DNA from: Acidobacteriota bacterium
Lineage (GTDB): Bacteria; Acidobacteriota; Vicinamibacteria; Vicinamibacterales; UBA2999
Direction of reading: 5' to 3'
Length of the DNA stretch: 64,000 bases
Assembly (NCBI GenBank): GCA_021730945.1
Contig: JAKFYH010000035.1
Coordinates: 7,722-71,721, forward strand
The position numbers were made by a program, and so were the translations under genes. Numbering within the stretch: position 1 is the first letter of the stretch; each line of letters starts with the position of its first letter. This document shows positions 19,288 through 30,555 of the stretch, one piece after another. The notes under the pieces were generated by a model, which worked only from the letters and a program-made list of their open reading frames with translations, searched no databases and was not told where the DNA came from.

Positions 19288-19326
19288 ACTACATGAGGTA
19301 TCGCTCCGGCGCGGCACCCCAGCACG

Positions 19327-20328
19327 TTGGCGTCTTGCGCCGAACCCCAAGCACCGTTACCATGTTGGCTCCCTTTCACAAGAGCGCCCGTGCCTGCACA
19401 ACCCCTCTTAGCGACCCGTCTTGATGGCCTGCCCCTCGTCCGCCGCGGCAAGGTCCGCGACGTCTATGCTGTCGACGACACGCTCCTGCTGGTCGCAACC
19501 GATCGCATTTCGGCGTTCGACTACGTGTTGGGGTCGGGTATTCCTGACAAAGGACGCGTGCTCAACCAGTTGTCGGCGTTCTGGTTTGCCCGCACCGGTC
19601 ACATCGTGCCGAACCACATGCTGTCGATTGATGTGTCGGCGTATCCGGCAGCAGCTCACGCCTATCGCGACCAGCTCGAGGGCCGCTCGATGCTCTCGCG
19701 TCGCACCACGCCGCTGCCGGTCGAATGTGTCGCTCGCGGCTACCTGTCGGGGTCGGGCTGGAAAGATTACCAGGCCACCGGCGAGGTCTGCGGGATCAAG
19801 CTGCCGGCCGGCCTGCGGGAATCCGATCGGCTCCCGGAGATCATCTTCACGCCGGCGACCAAGGCCGACTCGGGCCACGACGAAAATATCAGCGAAGCGG
19901 CGGCCGCCACGGTCGTCGGCACCGAGTTACTGGCGCGACTGAAGAAGCTGACGCTGGAGCTCTATGCCCACGGCGTCGCGCATGCCGAATCCAAGGGCAT
20001 CATCCTCGCCGACACCAAGTTCGAGTTCGGGCTGACAGACCAGGGCGAGTTGCTGCTGATTGACGAGATGATGACCCCCGACTCGTCGCGCTACTGGCCG
20101 CAGGACCAGTACGCCCCCGGCGGACCGCAGCCCAGCTTTGACAAGCAGTACGTCAGGGATTACCTCGAGTCGATCCAGTGGAACAAGCAGCCACCGGTCC
20201 CGTCGCTGCCCGACGAGGTGGTGGCCAGAACGCGGGGCAAGTACCTGGATGCCTACCGCCGTCTCACCGGCCAGGAGCTGACCCTGGCTGCCACCGCTGC
20301 GGCCCCAGAGGACCAGGGTCGTGCATAA
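19327..20328 (+). CDS. purC: phosphoribosylaminoimidazole-succinocarboxamide (SAICAR) synthase
   Basis: GKVRDVY...ATDRISAFD...DTKFEFG...DEMMTPDSSRYW. The track ORF begins with TTG at 19327. An in-frame GTG at 19390 is an equally plausible start. Confidence 0.9.
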   Translation: MASCAEPQAPLPCWLPFTRAPVPAQPLLATRLDGLPLVRRGKVRDVYAVDDTLLLVATDRISAFDYVLGSGIPDKGRVLNQLSAFWFARTGHIVPNHMLSIDVSAYPAAAHAYRDQLEGRSMLSRRTTPLPVECVARGYLSGSGWKDYQATGEVCGIKLPAGLRESDRLPEIIFTPATKADSGHDENISEAAAATVVGTELLARLKKLTLELYAHGVAHAESKGIILADTKFEFGLTDQGELLLIDEMMTPDSSRYWPQDQYAPGGPQPSFDKQYVRDYLESIQWNKQPPVPSLPDEVVARTRGKYLDAYRRLTGQELTLAATAAAPEDQGRA

Positions 20329-20533
20329 ACTGCTGGATCAACTCGTCACCGAGATGGTGACGCGCGGGGTCCACTATGTCGACGCGCAGCGTGAATTCGA
20401 CAAGCGCTTCATCAGCTGCGTCATCGACCAGAGTGCCGGCAATCTTTGCAAGGCGGCCGAGGTGCTCGGCGTGCATCGCAACACGCTGACTCGCAAGGTC
20501 AAGCAACTCAAGCTTCGCGTCCGATCGGTGTAA
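20321..20533 (+). CDS. small Fis-family helix-turn-helix DNA-binding protein
   Basis: 70 aa with the C-terminal HTH GNLCKAAEVLGVHRNTLTRKVKQLKL. The GTG start overlaps the purC stop (GTGCATAA). Confidence 0.75.
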   Translation: MHKLLDQLVTEMVTRGVHYVDAQREFDKRFISCVIDQSAGNLCKAAEVLGVHRNTLTRKVKQLKLRVRSV

Positions 20534-20539
20534 CAGCGG

Positions 20540-22219
20540 TCACTCGGGCCGGGCGAGCCGATCCAACACATCGTCAAACGAATCCGGACCGGTCAGGATG
20601 TCGCCCGACTGTACCGAGTCCAGTTCCTCGTCCGACAATCGGCGGAGCGTCGCGCCGCCGCCGGCCGCCGAGATCAGCCAGCCGCTGCCGCTGGCCCGTT
20701 CCAGTCGCGCCGCGGTTCCCGGGCGCGGCCACGAGTCGGGGCGGCGATACACGGACGGCCGCTCGATCACAACCAGCTTCGCAATCAGGTCATGCTCCAC
20801 AAACGGCGGGCGCAGCGCGAAGGGACTCGCCCAGGCCCACACCCACATCTCCAGGTGCCGCCGCGGCACATCGAGCACCACGACATCGCCTGGCGCGGCG
20901 ACCTGCGCCAGGCGGCTGACCACCTCGGCAATCTGACGCGACTGCCCCAGGGCCTCACGATACCTGGTCACTTCGAACGCCAACTGCGTGCCGAACACGG
21001 CGATCACCAGGACCACGACTGCCGCAAAGGGTGCGCCCGGTTTCACCTGTCGGGCCAGCAACACCACGCCACCGATCACAAACCCGGCGACGGTGGCATA
21101 GAGGTGGCGAAACGAGAGGTAGGTCACCACCAGGGGCAGCGTCGCCAGGGCCGGCCAGATCAGTCCATAGAACAGGCCCATCCGGATCGCCGGGGCATCA
21201 CGCCGCCAGCCCGCCACCGCCAGCCGGACGATGACGGCCATTACAACCAGACCGGTGACGGCCAATGGGATCACGTACTCCATTACCACCGGCTTCACCT
21301 GCAGCAACAGACTGGGTGGCACCACCATCGACAGCGCGTACGGAATAACGCGTTGCGGTAATCGCATGGCCATGCCGCCCGGCCCTACTGACGCGATGGC
21401 ATCGGCGGCCACCGCGCTCATGCCGTAGGAGCGGCAGTAGGCATAGAACGCCAGCACCATGGCCCAGCCCAGGTAAGGCGCCAACACGAGGTGGCGTCGG
21501 TCACGCCAGCGTCCGGACACCAGGTCGTGCGCCATCGCGAGGACTGGCAGCAGGAGCGCCGACTCCTTGGCGAAGAGTCCGAAACCAAACGCGACCCACG
21601 CCAGTAACCGAAAGGGCCACCCGCCACCGCCGCGGTAGCGCAGAAATGCATAGAAGCCCAGCAGGAGTCCGGCGGTCGCGAGCAGATCGACGCGCCCACT
21701 GACCCACACGACCGCGCCGGCCGTCACGGGGTGCAGCGCAAAAATCAGGCTGGCCGCCAGCGCCGCGCCGTGGTGGCCGTCCATGACCTCGGCGGCAACC
21801 AGCATCACCAGCACCGCGCAGGCGAAGTGCATCAGCACATTGGTCAGGTGGTAGCCGGCGGCATTGATGCCCCAAAGACGGCCGTCGATCATGAAGCTCA
21901 GGGCCGAGATGGGCCGCAGTTCGCTGACTTGAGGTTCCCAGATCCCATACGACCAGTCGCGAAAGAACAGACCGGGCCAGGACGACCAGGGGAAGGTGAC
22001 AAAGCGGCCGACCAGGCCGAAGTCATCGGCGGCGAAATAGGTGCCGAGCGTCCAGCCGTACGCCAGGGCCACGACTGTCGCGAGCAGCGTCAGGCGGACG
22101 GCCGGACCGGGCGCGCCCGGGTGCCGGAAGAGGCGGTGTATACGCTCGGTGACAAATCGCACGACGGCCGATGGCCGCACAGTACCACGGCTACTGCGCT
22201 CAAGCCGCCCGGTTGACAC
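20540..22219 (-). CDS. polytopic membrane protein, GT-C (PMT_2/ArnT-like) glycosyltransferase fold candidate
   Basis: Many TM helices. The N-terminal loop FAADDFGLV and the helix GYHLTNVLMHFACAVLV resemble ArnT/PMT-type GT-C proteins. Soluble C-terminal ~150 aa. Assignment is from memory only. Confidence 0.6.
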   Translation of the reverse strand: MSTGRLERSSRGTVRPSAVVRFVTERIHRLFRHPGAPGPAVRLTLLATVVALAYGWTLGTYFAADDFGLVGRFVTFPWSSWPGLFFRDWSYGIWEPQVSELRPISALSFMIDGRLWGINAAGYHLTNVLMHFACAVLVMLVAAEVMDGHHGAALAASLIFALHPVTAGAVVWVSGRVDLLATAGLLLGFYAFLRYRGGGGWPFRLLAWVAFGFGLFAKESALLLPVLAMAHDLVSGRWRDRRHLVLAPYLGWAMVLAFYAYCRSYGMSAVAADAIASVGPGGMAMRLPQRVIPYALSMVVPPSLLLQVKPVVMEYVIPLAVTGLVVMAVIVRLAVAGWRRDAPAIRMGLFYGLIWPALATLPLVVTYLSFRHLYATVAGFVIGGVVLLARQVKPGAPFAAVVVLVIAVFGTQLAFEVTRYREALGQSRQIAEVVSRLAQVAAPGDVVVLDVPRRHLEMWVWAWASPFALRPPFVEHDLIAKLVVIERPSVYRRPDSWPRPGTAARLERASGSGWLISAAGGGATLRRLSDEELDSVQSGDILTGPDSFDDVLDRLARPE

Positions 22220-22241
22220 CGATTTGCCCGCCCGGTATCAT
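22213..22241 (+). promoter_or_regulatory. sigma70-type promoter of groES-groEL
   Basis: TTGACA (22213-22218), a 17-nt spacer, then TATCAT (22236-22241), directly abutting the CIRCE element. Confidence 0.65.
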
Positions 22242-22267
22242 TAGCAGTCGTACGCATCGACTGCTAG
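22241..22267 (+). promoter_or_regulatory. CIRCE-like inverted repeat (HrcA operator)
   Basis: TTAGCAGTC-N9-GACTGCTAG compared with the CIRCE consensus TTAGCACTC-N9-GAGTGCTAA. Correct 9-nt spacer and position between the -10 box and groES. Confidence 0.8.
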
Positions 22268-22339
22268 CTCACAGGGCGGTCGACTGCCAGAAACATCACG
22301 CTACATATAACCAGCAACGTTAGAGACGGAGAGCAACAC

Positions 22340-22642
22340 ATGGCTTTAAGACCGCTCCACGACCGCATCCTCGTGCAGCGCACTGAGGAAGAAGAACAGA
22401 AGGTTGGCGGCATCATCATCCCGGACTCGGCCAAGGAAAAGCCGCAGCAGGGCAAGGTGACGGCTGTCGGCGCTGGTAAGGCTGACAAGGACGGCAAGCG
22501 TATTGCGCTCGACGTCAAGGAAGGCGACACCATCCTGTTTGGCAAGTACTCAGGGCAGGAAGTGCGTGTCGACGGCGAGGATTACCTCATCATGCGCGAG
22601 GACGAAGTCCTGGCGGTGATCGAGGGCGGGAAAAAGAAGTAA
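22340..22642 (+). CDS. groES: co-chaperonin GroES
   Basis: [12 protein letters not shown]...[18 protein letters not shown]...[11 protein letters not shown]. Confidence 0.97.
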   Translation: MALRPLHDRILVQRTEEEEQKVGGIIIPDSAKEKPQQGKVTAVGAGKADKDGKRIALDVKEGDTILFGKYSGQEVRVDGEDYLIMREDEVLAVIEGGKKK

Positions 22643-24292
<1,650 letters not shown>

Positions 24293-24294
24293 CG

Positions 24295-24350
24295 CTGATT
24301 TCGGGATTTTGCGATCTCGTGATTTGGTGATTTGGTGATTTGGTGATTTG
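24295..24350. repeat. seven tandem 8-nt units (three degenerate, four perfect GTGATTTG) between the groEL stop and its terminator
   Basis: Units read ctgatttc gggatttt gcgatctc (24295-24318), then GTGATTTG x4 (24319-24350). Same unit type as the 7187-7351 palindrome. Confidence 0.85.
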
Positions 24351-24351
24351 C

Positions 24352-24391
24352 GGGCCCGGTGGGGATCTTCCCTTCCGGGCCCTTTGTTTTT
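24352..24391 (+). terminator. rho-independent terminator of groESL
   Basis: GGGCCCGG (24352-24359) pairs with CCGGGCCC (24375-24382), followed by TTTGTTTTT (24383-24391). Confidence 0.8.
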
Positions 24392-24547
24392 CTCACGCCC
24401 TCAAGAAACCCCCACTTCCAGCACCCGGTCGGGGAATTTCCCCTGCCAAGCCTGCCGGCGCTGGCAATATTCGGCCTGATGTCAGGTCGGCGCCACTGGC
24501 ACAGATCTTCCATGGCTGAGGCTGAAAGCCGTCTACGGAGGTCCCCC

Positions 24548-25033
24548 ATGAGGTTCCGCACCGCTCTCCCTTCAGCCCTCGTCCTTCTCTGCTGCGCGTC
24601 GCTGGCGTCCGCCCAGGTTCACACTTCGCCGGCGTCCAAGGCCCACCCCACCAAGGCCGCGACGATGGCCCCCGCTGGCGCCCTGCCCACCGCGATCTCG
24701 GGACTGTCGTCGAGCGGTCGGCACTGCCTGCCGCCGGCGGCCATCGGCACCCACTATCTTGGCTGGGTCGACCAGCGCACCCGGATCACAGTCACGTTCT
24801 CGGCCGATTTCGACCCGGTCGCGTCGGCGACGTTCATGCGGTTTGGAGAGCGTGCCGACGATGGCCTGAGCGAAGGGTTCGACGCCGCCGACGACGACAG
24901 CGGCGGCGGTCTCAACCCTTTGATCGACGTCGAAGCCCCGTATGGGGGCTACCTCGTGCTGTTCGTGAGTCCGTATGCCAACGCCGGCCCGGGCGGCTGC
25001 TACTTCTTCAAGACGGAGATTCGAACCCCCTGA
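24548..25033 (+). CDS. secreted small protein of unknown family (paralogue 1)
   Basis: GGAGG sits 6 nt upstream of ATG 24548. Signal peptide MRFRTALPSALVLLCCASLASAQ. Shares conserved blocks with the next gene. Two conserved Cys. Confidence 0.7.
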   Translation: MRFRTALPSALVLLCCASLASAQVHTSPASKAHPTKAATMAPAGALPTAISGLSSSGRHCLPPAAIGTHYLGWVDQRTRITVTFSADFDPVASATFMRFGERADDGLSEGFDAADDDSGGGLNPLIDVEAPYGGYLVLFVSPYANAGPGGCYFFKTEIRTP

Positions 25034-25146
25034 GGCTGACGGCATGACCGCGAGGAACAGGCCGCCGGGAATCTGCCGCAAATGGCCGTCCTACCCGTTG
25101 AGAGTTCGCCGTACCATCCGCACGCTTTCAACGATTGGGAGGTTCC

Positions 25147-25614
25147 ATGACAGCAGCCAGAATCTGCGTGACGGCGTGCCTGGCGGCATTGCCGGTTATG
25201 TCGTACGCGCAGGCCCAGGGGGCCAAGTCGCCCAAGGAGTCGGCCACGCGGGCCGCCATCACCGAACCGGCGGCCATTTCAGGACTCGCGTCAAGCGGCC
25301 GGAACTGCGTGGGACCGGCCGGCTCGATCGTGCATGCCATCGGCTGGGTGCCGTCGAATAGTCGCGTCGCGCTCACGTTCTCGTCGGACTTCGACCCCGT
25401 CGCGAGCGTCACCAACACGCAACTCGGCGTCGAAGCGCCCGACGGTCTCTCGCGTACGGCCTACTGGTCAGACGACGACAGCGGCGGCAACCTGGAGCCG
25501 CGGCTGAATTTCACCACGACCTTCGCCGGCTCCCTCGTGCTGCACGTCAGCAAGTTTTCGGCCGATCGTTCGGCCGGCTGCTACTTCTATAAGGTCGAGA
25601 TCACCACGGGCTAG
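25147..25614 (+). CDS. secreted small protein of unknown family (paralogue 2)
   Basis: GGGAGG sits 4 nt upstream of ATG 25147. Signal peptide MTAARICVTACLAALPVMSYAQA. Blocks AISGLASSGRNC, TFSSDFDPVAS, DDDSGGNLEP and GCYFYKVEI match paralogue 1. Confidence 0.7.
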   Translation: MTAARICVTACLAALPVMSYAQAQGAKSPKESATRAAITEPAAISGLASSGRNCVGPAGSIVHAIGWVPSNSRVALTFSSDFDPVASVTNTQLGVEAPDGLSRTAYWSDDDSGGNLEPRLNFTTTFAGSLVLHVSKFSADRSAGCYFYKVEITTG

Positions 25615-25724
25615 ACGGCTCGCCCGCGGCGCTACAGTTCCAAAACGAAGTGCAAGCGCCAGGGTGGGGAGCTTCCCTACCCGGCCTTGTCCTTCCCCCC
25701 GACCCCACGAAGGGCCGTAGGCCC

Positions 25725-25774
25725 GAGCCCGACGAGCGAAGCGAGCCCGACGAGCGAAGCGAGCCCGACGAGCG
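25725..25774. repeat. 18-nt tandem repeat (2.8 copies) in the convergent intergenic region downstream of prfC
   Basis: GAGCCCGACGAGCGAAGC at 25725-25742 and 25743-25760, plus a partial copy at 25761-25774. Flanked by the 8-bp inverted pair GCCGTAGG (25714-25721) and CCTACGGC (25783-25790); the second overlaps the prfC stop. Confidence 0.85.
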
Positions 25775-25783
25775 CCGATGGCC

Positions 25784-27382
<1,599 letters not shown>

Positions 27383-27414
27383 GCACCCTAATGGTACCTG
27401 ACTTTGCCGGCTTG

Positions 27415-28305
27415 CTAGCGCAGCGTGAAGGTGAGTTCGATGGTGATGATCACAGGCACCGGATCGCCTTGCCGCATGCCCGGACGGAATCGCCACATCT
27501 TGGCCGCCTTGATCGCCTCCTGGTCGAGCCCGAAAATCGGGTCGAGCGACCGCGTGACCTTGACCTCGCCCACCGAGCCGTCGGGCATGACGATGCATTC
27601 AAGCCAGACCGAACCCTGGACTTTGGCCCGCATGGCGTCGGCAGTGTAGGCGGGCTTGACCTCGCGCAAGACCACCGGCAGGGTAATTCCCGCGCCAGGG
27701 CGATAGGCGCCGCCGCCGGTGCCGCCGCCGAACCCGGCACCAAGACCAGACCCCTGGCCCGACCCGATGCCCTGCCCGGTACCCGTGCCGGCGCCACCGC
27801 CGGCCCCGGCGCCCTGTGAATCAGTCGTCGTCGGCGCACTCTGAATCACGCCGGGCAGCGTAATCTCGGCCGAGGCCACGGTCTTTGCCGGGATCAGCAG
27901 TTCAGCCGGCGGCTCCTCAACCTTCGGCGGATCAGGAGTGGGCGCCGGCGTCTTCTGGACCGGAACCGTGATCTTCTCCTTGCCCGGCAGTTCCGCGGCA
28001 CGGGGCGGTTCGGGAGCCTTGTTGCCGCCGCCACCGCCGCCGCCGCCCGGACCGGGCACGGCGAGCCACACGATGCTGTCGAGCGGCGCATCAGGCAGGA
28101 ACTCCGCGGGGTTGGGTTGCGGCGCGAAGCGGAGCGCCAGCAGGATGAGAATGCCGAAACTGACATGCGCCGCCACCGACGCGCCGACGCCGATGCTCGA
28201 TTGGCGCCCCTCGAACGAAAACCGCAGATCCACGGGCCGGTCCGACAAGTGCAGTGGAGCCGACCGTGAATCGCCGACGGATCGTGTGGGTGTGGACTCG
28301 GCCAT
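27415..28305 (-). CDS. energy transducer TonB-family protein
   Basis: One TM helix (AAHVSFGILILLAL), Pro-rich and Gly-rich linkers, and a TonB C-terminal domain (KPAYTADAMRAKVQGSVWLECIVMPDGSVGEVKVTRS...EAIKAAKMWRFRPG). Start at ATG 28305 preferred over 28377. Confidence 0.8.
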   Translation of the reverse strand: MAESTPTRSVGDSRSAPLHLSDRPVDLRFSFEGRQSSIGVGASVAAHVSFGILILLALRFAPQPNPAEFLPDAPLDSIVWLAVPGPGGGGGGGGNKAPEPPRAAELPGKEKITVPVQKTPAPTPDPPKVEEPPAELLIPAKTVASAEITLPGVIQSAPTTTDSQGAGAGGGAGTGTGQGIGSGQGSGLGAGFGGGTGGGAYRPGAGITLPVVLREVKPAYTADAMRAKVQGSVWLECIVMPDGSVGEVKVTRSLDPIFGLDQEAIKAAKMWRFRPGMRQGDPVPVIITIELTFTLR

Positions 28306-28476
28306 TGTGTGTCGCAGGTTACCCACCGTCATTCTGACTGAGGGGTTCTGGGCTGACAAGTGCAAAGCCAGCGCCATGGTCCTTTTGACGCCGTTTGAGG
28401 ACGTTCGGCTTCAAGGTGCTGGGGTGCTACAATCCCTACACGGTCGCCAAGCTATCCGCGACCCCAAGGAGCTGTC

Positions 28477-28647
28477 ATGGACGTGGTCGCCCTGTTCGGG
28501 CCCATCGGAATGCCGGAAATGCTCATCATTCTGGCGATTGTGATCCTCATATTTGGCGCCAATCGGCTGCCTGAACTCGGCAAGGGCATTGGGGCCGGCA
28601 TCAAGAACTTCAAGAGCTCGATGAAGGACGGCTCCGAAGAGAAGTAA
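28477..28647 (+). CDS. tatA: twin-arginine translocase subunit TatA/E
   Basis: Not in the ORF track (56 aa). AAGGAG (28466-28471) sits 5 nt upstream of the ATG. My translation is [56 protein letters not shown], with the typical TatA TM helix, FG hinge and amphipathic helix. Confidence 0.85.
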   Translation: MDVVALFGPIGMPEMLIILAIVILIFGANRLPELGKGIGAGIKNFKSSMKDGSEEK

Positions 28648-28650
28648 CCG

Positions 28651-30555
28651 CTAGATCACGAGGCGGACGTCGCCCGTTCGCCTCGTCACCCGCTCCCGAT
28701 CCAGATACTCCAACAGCGGGATCGCAAACTTCCTCGACACGCCGTACCGGTCCTTGAACGCCGCGACGTCCACCGCGGCCCGGCCATCGGCGGCGGCCGC
28801 CTTTAGCGCCTTGATCTCGCTCTTGAGCGCCTGCAACACGTCAGCGTGAAACGTGAGCGTGTCCAGTCGAACCAGAACCTTCTCGCGAATCAGCACGGCT
28901 GTGATCTTGTCGACCAGTGCCGCCGGCGCACCGGCGCTCTGCTGAATCGTGGCTGCGTCAGGCGGCTTCAACCCTGCCGCCTGGTAGGCGGCCGCGATCG
29001 CCGACTTGATCCGGGCGTCCTCGCCGGATGCCGCCACGGTGTGCGACGCCAGCGCCAGCCGGTCGCTGCCCACCAGTGTCCTGGCCGTCTTCAGGTCACC
29101 GAGGATGCGCTCGAACACCGCGGCATCAGCCCGGGGCGACACTTTCTCGCGCGCCTCCTCGCGTGGCAGGCCATCGCTCAAGGGATTCGCCCGGTGAAAC
29201 ACCGTGACCAGCTTGACCAGCGTCTCTCGCGCCCGGGCCAGGTGTGCCACGGCCACCACCCGCTCCCCAACCGGTTCGACTCCCCGCGCCGCCAGGGCGT
29301 CGAGCATGCCGGCGACCGCCGCCGGAGCCACCCCCGCGCGCGACACCAGCGCCACACGCGGCAGGCCCGCCAGTCCGGCCGCCGTCACCATGGCCGCCAC
29401 GGCGTCGGCTTCGTCGTGGTCGCGATCCACGCGCAGCCGCCGGAGGCTCTCCAGCCCTTCGACTGACCGCACGCCGGGCCGGGTCGGCGCCGGATCGATC
29501 ACGACGCCGCCACCGATGGTGACCGGAGGCGAATACGCCCGGATGATGAATCGGTCGCCGCGGGTCAAGGCCGCCGGCTGCTCCAGCCGCAGCCGCACCA
29601 TGCTTTTCGCCCCTGGCGCAACGCTCGTCTCGACGCCGGCAATCGACGCCCGGCCGAGCACCTCGGCCGTGCCATGGTGCAGGCGCACCCGCGCGCCATG
29701 TTTCAAGGCCTTGGTCGATTCCAGCAGATCGATCTCGGCGTCAACACGGCGGGTCACGCTCACCGCCCCCGGGTACGCCAGCGTTTCGCCGCGAGCCACG
29801 TCGGCGATGTCGATGCCGCCCAGGTTGATCGCGGTCCGCTGTCCGGCCGAAGCCTCGGTGGCCGCCGCCCCATGCACCTGGATGCCCCGCACCTTGACGC
29901 GGCGGTCCGACGGCACCAGGTCCAGCTCGTCGTCGACCCGGACGCGGCCCGACACCAGCGTGCCGGTAATCACCGTGCCAAACCCCTTCATGGTGAAGGC
30001 GCGATCGATGGGCAGGCGCGCGGCGCCGTCCACCGGCCGCGGGCCGACGTGCGACGCCTGCGCAGCGATCGCCGCGCGCAGCCGGTCGAGACCCTCACCG
30101 CTACTCGCCGACACCTCGGTCACCTCGGCCGTCTCCAGGAACGACCCCTTCACCAGTTCCGCCACGTCGAGCCGGACCAGCGCCAGGGTGTCGGCATCGG
30201 CCAGGTCCGATTTGGTGAGCACGACGATGCCGCGCGGAATCCGCAGCAGGCGGCAGATATCGAAGTGCTCGCGGGTCTGGGGCATCACCGATTCGTCGGC
30301 CGCCACAATCAGGAGCACGCAGTCGATGCCGCCGACGCCGGCCAGCATGGTGCGCACGAACCGCTCGTGCCCGGGCACGTCCACGAAGGCGACCCGCAGA
30401 TCCCCAATCGTGGTGTGAGCAAACCCGAGCTCAATCGTGATGCCGCGCGCCTTCTCTTCCTTCAGCCGATCGGGATCGATCCCGGTCAGGGCGCGCACCA
30501 GCGTGCTCTTGCCGTGATCGATGTGGCCCGCGGTCCCCAGCACCAGGTTGGTCAT
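28651..30555 (-). CDS. selB: selenocysteine-specific translation elongation factor SelB
   Basis: [21 protein letters not shown] and TKSD GTPase motifs, EF-Tu-like domains II/III, and a long winged-helix C-terminal extension ending in [16 protein letters not shown]. Confidence 0.92.
   Translation of the reverse strand: MTNLVLGTAGHIDHGKSTLVRALTGIDPDRLKEEKARGITIELGFAHTTIGDLRVAFVDVPGHERFVRTMLAGVGGIDCVLLIVAADESVMPQTREHFDICRLLRIPRGIVVLTKSDLADADTLALVRLDVAELVKGSFLETAEVTEVSASSGEGLDRLRAAIAAQASHVGPRPVDGAARLPIDRAFTMKGFGTVITGTLVSGRVRVDDELDLVPSDRRVKVRGIQVHGAAATEASAGQRTAINLGGIDIADVARGETLAYPGAVSVTRRVDAEIDLLESTKALKHGARVRLHHGTAEVLGRASIAGVETSVAPGAKSMVRLRLEQPAALTRGDRFIIRAYSPPVTIGGGVVIDPAPTRPGVRSVEGLESLRRLRVDRDHDEADAVAAMVTAAGLAGLPRVALVSRAGVAPAAVAGMLDALAARGVEPVGERVVAVAHLARARETLVKLVTVFHRANPLSDGLPREEAREKVSPRADAAVFERILGDLKTARTLVGSDRLALASHTVAASGEDARIKSAIAAAYQAAGLKPPDAATIQQSAGAPAALVDKITAVLIREKVLVRLDTLTFHADVLQALKSEIKALKAAAADGRAAVDVAAFKDRYGVSRKFAIPLLEYLDRERVTRRTGDVRLVI

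Noticed and set aside
24295-24350. Possible CRISPR array, prompted by the regular short repeats here and at 25725-25774.
   Set aside because: The units are only 8 or 18 nt and directly abut one another with no spacers. There are no cas genes, so these are simple tandem repeats.
25005-25030. tRNA T-arm-like string GGAGATTCGAACCCCC.
   Set aside because: It lies inside the 3' end of the paralogue-1 CDS (…KTEIRTP). No acceptor or anticodon stems can be drawn around it, so it is a coincidental match.
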